NCBI RefSeq assembly: GCF_036321535.1 | Contig: NC_087436.1 | Coordinates: forward strand, 69,876,001 to 69,940,000 | Length of the DNA stretch: 64,000 nucleotides | Reading direction: 5' to 3' | DNA from: Camelus dromedarius | Lineage: Eukaryota | Shown: piece by piece, positions 53,961-64,000 of the stretch | Position numbering within the stretch: the stretch's first letter is position 1 | Layout: every line of letters begins with the position of its first letter | Position numbers and translations under genes: made by a program | The notes under the pieces: generated by a model | Told to the model about the DNA's origin: nothing | The model's database searches: none | Seen by the model: the letters and a program-made list of their open reading frames with translations, nothing else

Positions 53961-55630
53961 GCTTTGAGCAATGATATGAAACCTCCAGTGTCATCATGAG
54001 AGCCACCGGTTTGTCCCTACTTATGTCACCCAAATGAATATTAGTGATGCCAGAAACCTGACCTTGTACCATGAGGCCAAAGAGGTAATTAGGGAAACAT
54101 ACAATGAGATACCTGGACTTGCAGCTTAGGGTGATGAAGCTGGAAGAGCAGACAACAGGGTGCCTTCTTGAGTACTGCAACCCATCACACAATTACAAAA
54201 CACAAAATACATGTTAACAGATGATAACATTAAATAATCAGCTCTCCCCACAAAACGCCCCCTGACAACTTCCTCAGTACCACCTGATAATTACTTACAA
54301 ACTTTCACATGGTCTGTTCAATTCCAGAGCAGAAACACCTTCCTAGCAAATCTAAATATCTAAATGAGGTTAAATGAGGCACAAATCTTGGAATTTCATA
54401 TTAAAAAATCATTTTCCAAACAAAATGATGGTTTCAAACAACAACAGTAAAAGGCTGATGGCTAAGAGTTCCAAGTTTCCATCGCTTCCTACCATTAGGT
54501 AAGATTTTAAGCAAAAGTATTATGACCAATGTGGCCTCATTATATCTGGAGAACTGTATCTTTTCATATGTTTCTATCAAAGTATAAACTGCATTTTCTC
54601 TAAGGACACTTAACTACCCACATTGTCACCAAATACTTATGAATCAAAACTTCTCAAAGATACCTAAAGTAAACCTAACTCTGTTTACATATGTTTAGTG
54701 TTCTCTCTACTTCCACAGATGCATGTTGAGAATCTGCCATGATACAGGGACTATTCTAGTAACTAGCACTCAGCAATATGAAGGCAGTCAAAGTCATTGC
54801 CTTCATGAAGCTTACATTCTAATGTGACAAAAAGAAAAAACAAAGTAGACATTTGTAAATGTAATTTAAGGAGTGAGAAGCACTTTGAAAAATAATAAGA
54901 AGGGTAATGAGATAAAAAGAATTGGTGATTGACTGTTTTATTGGGGAAAACCATGGAGAATCTCTGATGAAGTGATATTTAAGCAATGACTTGAAGGATG
55001 TTAAGAAATAAAGTATTAAAAGATCTGCTGAAAGAACAATGAAGGCAGAAGTAATCAAAAATGGAAGGACCTGAAGCAGCAGTGCATTCTGTGTGCAGCA
55101 GGACCAGAAGGACATTAATGTGTCTAAGTCTTAGTAAGAAAGGAGATGATACCAAGAAGCCAGAGACAGATCACATCAAGGACATAGGATTTGAGTTTCA
55201 TTCTAAATGTGATGGGAGGTCCTTGGAGCTTTAAATAGGGGAATAACGTTATCTGATTGACATTTTCAAAGCTTCATCTCTGTGGCTGAATGAATACCAT
55301 ACTGTTTAGGAGGCCATGAATAGAGGCTATTTCAAGAAATCTAGTGATAGAGGTGGTGGCTTAGACTAGGCAGGGATCAGTGGAGACGGGAAGAAGGGGT
55401 CAGATATAGAAATAGCTAAAAAATATCCAAAAGTATTTGATCAGTGTTGGGTGTGGTTTTTAAAGAAAAAAAATCTAGAAATAACTCTGATATTATAGGC
55501 CCAAGTAAGTGTGTGAATAATGATGTCATTTGGTGACTGGAAAGACTCAAGAAGAATCAAGGTTTAAGGATTTGGAACATCCTAAGTTGCTGAAATGGAT
55601 ATATTAAGTTTGAGGTCTCTTTTTAACTTC

Positions 55631-56111
55631 TGTATTATTTTTATTACTACCATAACATGTCACCACAAACTTAGCATCTTGAAACAGTGCAAATGCATTA
55701 TGTCACAGTTCTATACATCAGAAGTCCATACAACTTCAAGGCTCAGGATCGTTCCTCTGCTTAGAGTCTCACAAGGCTGAGATCAAGGTATCAGCAAGGC
55801 TGTATTCCTTTGTGGAGGCTCTGGAGAGAATCTGTTTCAAGACTCATTCATCTCTCCCACACATGTCTTTTGCCTCATTCTTCTTCTCCTGCATCACTCT
55901 GCCTCCAGCCAGAGAAATATATCTACTTTGAAGAGCTCAAGTGATCAGAGTGGGCCTACCAAAATGATTCAGGATAATTTCTCTTTTTAAAGACCTATAG
56001 TTTAGTAATAACTGGAAAGTCCCTTTACAATACTACCTAGATTAGAGTTTGATTAAGTAACCAGGGGATGGAAATCATGAGGGGAAGATCCTTAGAAATT
56101 TGCCTACCACA
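55631..56111 (-). mobile_element. MLT1 LTR
   Basis: CACCACAAACTTAGCATCTTGAAACA...GGCTGAGATCAAGGTATCAGCAAGGCTG...CTTAGAAATTTGCCTACCACA. Confidence 0.7.
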
Positions 56112-58800
56112 ACTTCTAGGTAGAGACTCTGAGCAGGCAGGATATATGCAAGAGCAGGACAAGTGGGAGGACTGAGTGTAACCAGGAGCCCAGTTTTGCC
56201 AGGAGGGAAAGACAGAGCTAGATGGGGAAGAGGAGCTACTCACAAAGTTGTAGTTGTACATGAGCTAAGCCACATCACAAAGGCTGCTGCAAGTTTACAA
56301 AGTGAATTTAATGACAACTCAGACTTGGCTAAGTATAATTTCATTTTTTATTATCAGACATATAAACATGCAGGAAAATGATATGCAGAGATCAAGAAAA
56401 TGTGATACGAGTGAGTTGTGTGGCTCCCTGGTACTTCCCCTCTTCCTCATGTAGGAATACCCAAATTTAAGAGCATCACAACAGCCAAGATAGACTGAAG
56501 AATCCACCAGATCACAGAACCCAGAACTGACCTTTGAACATTTTAAACAGGGAAGGGGTGCATCACACTGAAAGTTTCCACTTTTAAGGAATTTTGTGTG
56601 AGCCAGATAGGTAGCTTGTTTTTCATACTTTTTTTCTTCATATGTCATCAAGACTAACCAAGGTTACTGAGCATGGACATGGTCTACGAGAGTATACAAG
56701 GAAAAGATTACAGGAGTGAACTATATAATCTAAGCTAGATAACAAAAAAAGACGTAAGAACTTGAAGAGTGTATTTAATATGCTGTATTGCCATTTGTCT
56801 TCAATTCCCAATAATTTATATGCACTTCTTATATGTCAGAACAGAAAAAATTAAAAATTATATTTCCAAGACACAGCTAGTAGTCTGAATGTGACTGGAT
56901 TCAATCCAGTAGGATACATTAACATGGGAATTAGAAGGCAGAAGTTGGGCAGAAGCCATCTTCTGGCTGCTTTGGCTACTAGCAAGCAAGATCAGACCAA
57001 TGTGTTTAAAGCATCACTACTGCTTCATGCATATGAGGAATTCTGCCTGCAGTGGAGTGGCAGAAACAGCTTTGCACTTTGACTCACAACTATTACTATA
57101 ACCATCCAATCCTAAGACCAATAGACAATGGAAGACCCCTAACTTCCATTTCTTCAATCATTCTTTCCAGCACTTCGTAAGCACATAGTTACCTCTACAG
57201 ATCCCCTTTCTACTTGAAAGATGCCGTCTTTTCTTGACTGGAACCCTGGCCAGTACAAAAGAAAATTTTGAAAGAAGGAATAGGGTCAATAGGTAGCAGA
57301 TCACTGTCTATATTATATTGAGTCAGCCCCTTCCACCATCTTAATAGAGTCTCTATTCTGTTACAAGCATGCTTCCCTCTGCTTTGGGTTCTCCCTTGAA
57401 TTATGAGCTAACTAAAACTGGAAGTTCCCTCACAACAGCATACATGCAACTTTTCTAATAAAAATAATCTTTATCCCACTCTCTATAAAGTATATGCCTC
57501 CAGGAAATTTTGCTTGATGCCCTCAGCCACAGTCAGATCCTTACATGACTGCCTTCATTGAAAAATTACTCCTCTTAAAAGTTTTGTATCACCTCCATCT
57601 CCTCATAAAGCCATAAACCAGCCTCTAGAACATGTATGCATCTTTGAAAGCCAGTTTTAGACCTTGCTCCATTTTTCCTCCCTGCACTGCCCTATCCCAT
57701 CCTGCACCATGTTAGACCCTTGTTTCACCACAATTGGTTACTAGTTTCCTAGCTTCTGACCACATCACTTTCCATGACCCACCAACATCACTTAAGCTAA
57801 TCACCAGAAGACCACACCCTTAAATACAGACATCCTGCTAATTTCCTTCATCTCAAATTTGATATTCTAGAACCTTCTTCTCTGACTGTTTTCTATCTTC
57901 TAAATTGCACTTCCCCTCCCTTTATTAAATATCCTCCTCAGTCTCACTAGGCTCCTAGAGTCCTGCTGACTTCTCAGTATCTGAGTACCATTTGGAGTTC
58001 ACATGTTTCCATTTTCTGCCTGGTTTCTAATATTGAAAAATACCAAATAGTTATACCTCATACTCACTAAATATTTTCAAGTTAACAATAAATTGACTAC
58101 AATATTTAATAACTACCAAGTGATGTAAATCTATTACAGGCTTGAAAATTACTATGCAAAGTACAGATATTGAAAGGTGAACAAATATACATGGATAGTT
58201 GATAGACAAATGATACAGATTTTATATATATACACACACTTATACACAGTTCTACCAATATAGCTAGACAATTGGTAGACAGATAGATAAAGATTTTATA
58301 TATATCAACTATTCTAAAAAAATGTATTAGTATTTTCCTTCTTCAGGTGCAGCTCAGAGAAATAAAATAACTTGGCTAAGAACAAGCATCACAGTAGCAG
58401 AGCCAGGTTTCAACTCAAGCAGATACAACTCCACATCCATATTCTTTACATAATACTTACCATTTCTAACATTCCTATTTTGACTTTTATGTTGTGTCTA
58501 CTCCCACTGTCTACTCTCTCTGCTCCCACCCTTAGGTCAATGAAATTGCAGAGGTAGATCACAAATCTATGCTGTCTGGACAGGCTACCCCTGCCAGTAC
58601 TGCAACCAGTCCATTTTGCTTACTGCCTCTCCTTTCACGGTGAGCAGCCCTAGAGCAAGTAGCAATCACTCAACTTCAAGAATATGCAAACTAAAATTTC
58701 AAGTATCTTGTAGATGAAAATAAAATTATACCTTGAGCTAAGATGAAGTAACGATACAAAGAAGACAACATGTATATACCTATTCCTCTATCCCAAGTGA

Positions 58801-61800
58801 TTTACATGCAGCTGTCCAGTTTTCCCAATACCACTTGCTGAAGAGACTGTCATTTCTCCATTGTATATTATGGCCTCCTTTGTCAAAAATTAATTGACCA
58901 TAGGTGTGTGGGTTTATTTCTGGGCTCTCTATTCTTTTCTATTGATACATATGTCTGTTTTTGTGCCAATATCGTGCTGTTTTGATTGCTGTAGATTTGT
59001 AGTATTGTCTGAAGTCTGGAAGGGTTATGCCTCTAGCTTTGTTCTTTTTCCTCAGGGTTGCTTTGGCCATTCTGGGTCATTTGTGGTTCCACATAAATTT
59101 TAGGATTATTTATTCTAGTTCTGTGAAAAAGTCCTGGGTACTTTGATAGGGATCACATTAAATCCGTAGATTGCTTTGGGTAGTACGGCCATTTTATCAA
59201 TATTAATTCTTCCAATCCAAGAGCATGGGATACCTTTTCATTTCTTTGAATCATCTTCAGTTTCCTTTATCAATGTTCTATAGTTTTCAATGTGTAAGTC
59301 TTTCACCTCCTTGGTCAAGTTTATTCCTAAGTACTTTTTGATGCAATTTTAAAAGGGATTTTTTTTTTAATTTCCCCTTCCAATATTTAATTGTTAGTGT
59401 AAAGATATGCAATGAGTTTCTATATGTGAATCTGGTATCCTTCTACCTTGCTAAATTCATTTATCGGTTCTAGTAGTTTCTGTGTGGAGTCTTTGGGCTT
59501 TTCTATATATAGTATCAGGTTATCTGCATATAATGACTGTTTTACCTCTTCTCTTCCAATTTAGATACCTTTTATTTCTTATCCGTATCTTATTGCTATT
59601 GCTAGGACTTCCAATAATATGTTGAATATAAGTGGTCAGAGTGGGCACCCGTATCTTATTTCAGATTTTAGTGGGAAGGCTTTTAACTTTTCACTGTTAA
59701 GTATTATCTTGGCTGTGGATTTGTCATAAATTTGATGTTATACTGACATAGGTTCCCTATATACCCACTTTGGTAAGAGTTTTTATCATGAGTGGATGTT
59801 GAATTTTATCAAATGCTTTTTGTGCATCTATTGAGATTATCATGTGATTTCTGTCCTTTCTTTTGTTGATGTCGTGGATCACATTGATTCATGTATGTTG
59901 AACCATCCTTGTTTCCCTGGGATGATTCCAAATTTATTGTAGTGTATGATCTTACTTATATGTTGTAGGATTCTGTTTGCTAATATTTTGTTATGAATTT
60001 TTGCATTTAGATTCATCAAAGATGTTGGCATGTAATTTTCCTTTTTGGTAGTGTCTTTGTCTGGTTTTGGTATCAGGGTGATAGTGGCTTTATGGAATGA
60101 CTTTGTGAGTGTTCCCTGCTTTTCAATCTTTTGGAAGAGTTTGAGAAGGACAAGTGTAAGCTCTTCTTTATATGTTTAGTACAATTCCCCAGAGAAGCCA
60201 TCTGGTCCTGGAATTTTGTTTGCAGGGAGGTTTTTTTTTACTGATATTATTTCACTTCTGGTGCTCAGTCTGTTCAAATTGTCTATTTCTTCTTAAGTTT
60301 TGGTAGACTTTTATGTTTCTAGAAATGTGTCCATTTCTTGTAGGTCATCCAATTTGTTGGCATGTAATTGTTTATAGTACTCTCTTATGGTTTTTTGTAT
60401 TTCTGTGGTATGGTTATTATTTCTCCTCTTTCCTTTCTTATTTTGTTTATTTGAGTCCTCCCTTTTTTTCTTCTTGGAGAGCCTAGCCAGAGGTTTGTCA
60501 ATTTTGTTTACCCTTTCATAAAACCAGCTCTTGGTTTTACTGTTTTTTCTATTCTTTTTTAATCTCTGTTCTATTTATTTGCTCTCTCCAATCTTTATTA
60601 TTTCTTTCCTTCTGCTGACTTTAGGTTTTGTTTGTTCTTTTTCTAATTCTTTTAGTGGTACCTTAAGTTGTTTATTTGAGATTGTTCTTATTTTTTGAGG
60701 AAGGCCTGTATCACTATGAACGTCCCTCTTAGGACTGCTTTTTCTGCAGCCTACAGATTTTGTGTCATTGTGTTTTAATTGTCATTTGTCTCAAAGGATT
60801 TTTTTAATTTCCTCTGTGATTTCATCATTCAGCCATTGGTTTTTTAGTAGCATGTTGTTTAGTCTCCATTCAGTCATTTATTTCTTGTTTCTCTTTCTGT
60901 GGTTGATTTCTAATTTAATGCTCTTGTGGTCAGAAAAGATGCTTCAAATAATTTCTAACCTCTTAAATTTGTTGAGGCTTATTTTGTGTCCTAGTGTGTG
61001 GCCTATCCTAGAAAATGTTCCATGTGCACTTGAGAAGAATGTGTATTCTCATTTTTTTTGTATGTAATGTCCTAAAAATATCCATTAAGTCTAACTGTTT
61101 TAGTGTGTCACTTAGTATTTCCATTGCCTTATTGATTTTCAGTCTGGAAGACCTGTCCAATGATGTCAGTGGGTTGTTAAAGTCTCCTACTACTATCGTA
61201 TTCCCATCAATTTCTCCCTTTATGTCTGTTTGTATTTGTTTTATGTATTTAGGTACTCTATATTGGGCTCATGTATGTTAATAAATGTAATATCCTCTTC
61301 TTGCACTGCTCCTTCTATCGTTATATAGCATCCTCTTTATCTTTCTTTATGTCCTTTGTTTTATTTTTTTTAACATTTTTTATTGAGTTATAGTCATTTT
61401 ACAATGTTGTGTCAAATTCCAGTGCAGGGTACAATTTTTCAGTTACACATGAACATATATATATTCATTGTCACATTTTTTTTTCACTGTGAGCTACCAT
61501 AAGATCTTGTATATATTTCCCTGTGCTATACAATATAATCTTATCTATTCTAAATTTTGAAATCCCAGTCTGTCCCTTCCCACCCCCCCACCACCTTGGC
61601 AACCACAAGTTTGTATTCTATGTCTATGAGTCTGTTTCTGTTTTGTAGTTATGTTTTGCTTTTTTTAGATTTCACATATGAGTGATCTCATATGGTATTT
61701 TTCTTTCTCTTTCTGGCTTACCTCACTTAGAATGACATTCCAGGAACATCCATGTTGCTGCAAATGGCATTATGTTGTCAGTTTTTATGGCTGAATAGTA

Positions 61801-62930
61801 TTCCATTGTATAAATATACCACATCTTCTTTATCCAGTCATCTGTTGATGGACATTTAGGCTGTTTCCATCTCTTGGCTATTGTAAATAGTGCTGCTATG
61901 AACATTGGGGTGCAGGTATCTTTTTGAAGTAGGGTTCCTTCTGGATATATGCCCAGGAGTGGGATTCCTGGGTCATATGGTAAGTCTATTCCTAATCTTT
62001 TGAGGAATCGCCATACTGTTTTCCATAGTGACTGCACCAAACTGCATTCCCACCAGCAGTGTAGGAGGGTTCCCTTTTCTCCACAGCCTCTCCAGCATTT
62101 GTCATTTGTGGACTTTTGAATCATGGCCATTCTGACTGATGTGAGGTGATACCACATGGTAGTTTTGATTTGCATTTCTCTGATAATTAGTGATACTGAG
62201 CATTTTTTCATATGCCTATTGATCATTTGTATTTCTTCCTTGGAGAATTGCTTGTTTAGGTCTTCTGTCCATTTTTGGATTGGATTTTTTTTTTCTTATT
62301 AAGTCGTATGAGCTGCTTATATATTCTGGAGATCAAGCCTTTGTTGGTTTCATTTGCAAAAATTTTCTCATATTCCATAGGTTGTTGTTTTGTTTTATTT
62401 ATAGTTTCCTTTACAGTGCAGAAGCTTGTAAGTTTAATTAGGTCCTATTTGCTTATTCTTGCTTTTATTTCTATTGCTTGGGTAGACTGTCCTAGGAGAA
62501 CATTTTTGAGATGTATGTCAGATAATGTTTTGCCTATATTTTCTTCTAGGAGGTTTATTGTATCTTGTCTTATGTTTCAGTCTTTGATCCATTTTTAGTT
62601 TATTTTTGTGTATGGTGTAAGGGAGTGTTCTAGCTTCATTGTTTTACATGCTGCTGTCCAGTTTTCCCAACACCATTTGCTGAAGAGACTGTCTTTATTC
62701 CATTGTATGGCCTTTGTTTTAAAGTCTGTTTTTTCTCACATGAGTATTGCTACCCCCACTTTCTTGTCATTTCCGTTTGAGTGAAATATCTTTTTCTACC
62801 CCCTCAATTTCAATCTATGTGTGTCCTTTGCCCTAAAGTGAGTCTTACAGGCAGCATATTGTAGGCTTTTGTTCTATTATCCAATCAGCCACTCTATGTC
62901 TTTTGATTGGAAGATTTAGACTACTGACAG
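58801..62930 (-). mobile_element. Older L1 ORF2 fragment, interrupted by a nested younger L1
   Basis: Antisense L1 ORF2 sequence throughout 58801-61363, resuming at 62706-62930; many stops. Confidence 0.9.
61364..62705 (-). mobile_element. Nested young 5'-truncated L1 (same family as 36808-37446)
   Basis: ORF 61723-62226 is the L1 ORF2p C-terminus; poly-T tail; TSD TATGTCCTTTGTTTTA (61348-61363) and TATGGCCTTTGTTTTA (62706-62721). Confidence 0.92.
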
Positions 62931-63489
62931 TGAAATGAGTTTCTTCATCAGAAAGATGTTGTGGTAGATTATCATTAGCAAATATAGCATTCTTTAAGTG
63001 CATAGCCTGTGTTTACAGGAGAAATATTATGGATAGAAAGGCAAATCCATATCTAGGGGATGTGTCTATTCCAGTGCAGACAAGTCTCTTTCCTCTCTGA
63101 TGGGTGGAGTACAATTTAAACAACTAACATCAGGTGTCCAGGAGATGTTTATCAAAAAGGTATTGGTTATTTGAAGAAGGAATGGAATTTTCTTCCAAAC
63201 TGAAAGTCTTGCTGCAGTTCTCCTACTGTTACTTGCCAGAGGATCCATACAGTATATCCCCAGTTGCCACATAAACCTTATCATCAGATCTGCTGAGTCT
63301 TAAAAAGCCCATTCTGAAGAGTAGCTAGTACAGTATACTTGATGTGCTTTAGGGCCTCTTGCTGCTTTGACCCCTACTCAGAACTGGCAGCTCAGTATGT
63401 TACTGAGATCATGGATAGCTCACTCAAATGTGGTATATGTTCCCACCAAAATCCAAAAAGCCCCAAAAAGCATTGTGCAAAAAACATAG

Positions 63490-64000
63490 AATGACATTTT
63501 TTAAATGATAAAAGTAAGTAACTGGAAACCTAGGATTATACATCCAATAAAAGTATCTTTCAAAAATAAAGAGATTTTCAGACAGAAAAACCCTAAGAGA
63601 ATGTGTCAACAGTTGACTCACAATAAAAGAAATTCTAAAGAGAAATACTCAAGCAGAAGGAATATGATCGTGGATGGAAATATGAAATGCAGGAAAAAAG
63701 AACTGGAAAAAATAATCATTTAGGTTCATCTAAATAAATAATGACAATTTTTTAAATACTAGAGATGTCTTCTGCATTTTAATATATGGAGAACTAGAAC
63801 TCATTTATAACAGTATAAAAGTTGAAAGTTAGTAAATTGAGTTAAATTATTGTAACAGTCTCACACTGCCTGGAAAGTAATAAAAGTACTAACTTAAGAC
63901 AAATTTTAATATACGAATGAGGCATATTTTAATCTCTAGGATAACCACTAAAATAATAATAAGAGAATGTATTGCTAACAAATGAATAGAAGAGAAATGA
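63490..64000 (+). mobile_element. Ancient L1 (L1M-type) ORF1-end fragment
   Basis: Translation PRIIHPIKVSFKNKEIF resembles the L1 ORF1p C-terminal PRILYPAKLSF motif. Confidence 0.55.

Overview
AT-rich mammalian genomic DNA from the P/Q-rich SCPP (secretory calcium-binding phosphoprotein) cluster. The two tRNA-derived SINEs suggest a camelid (inference). All genes are on the + strand. (1) A giant, disrupted SCPP-type secreted gene that I do not recognise: a 54-nt signal-peptide exon (4890-4943, MKTLVLTLTILNFVAYCP) splices in phase 0 to an exon starting at 5488. That exon reads as a Ser/Thr/Asp/Asn-rich frame of about 4,500 codons to about 18.95 kb, broken by about 7 frameshifts and 4 nonsense codons, and contains five diverged repeats of about 2.0 kb (about 675 aa). 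More decayed coding-like sequence then runs up to the CABS1 start. (2) Intact CABS1 (23124-24287). (3) An SCPP/mucin-like pseudogene at about 31-37.5 kb with a lost ATG, an SSESSEE motif, a premature stop and an L1 in its 3' end. (4) An intact SMR3/OPRPN(PROL1)-family gene at 48.6-54 kb encoding 256 aa, with an opiorphin-like QRGHR and nine 14-aa Thr-rich mucin repeats. The remainder is interspersed repeats (MLT1, MLT2, MER20, L1, SINEs) and microsatellites. All calls come from reading the sequence by eye; no searches were run.
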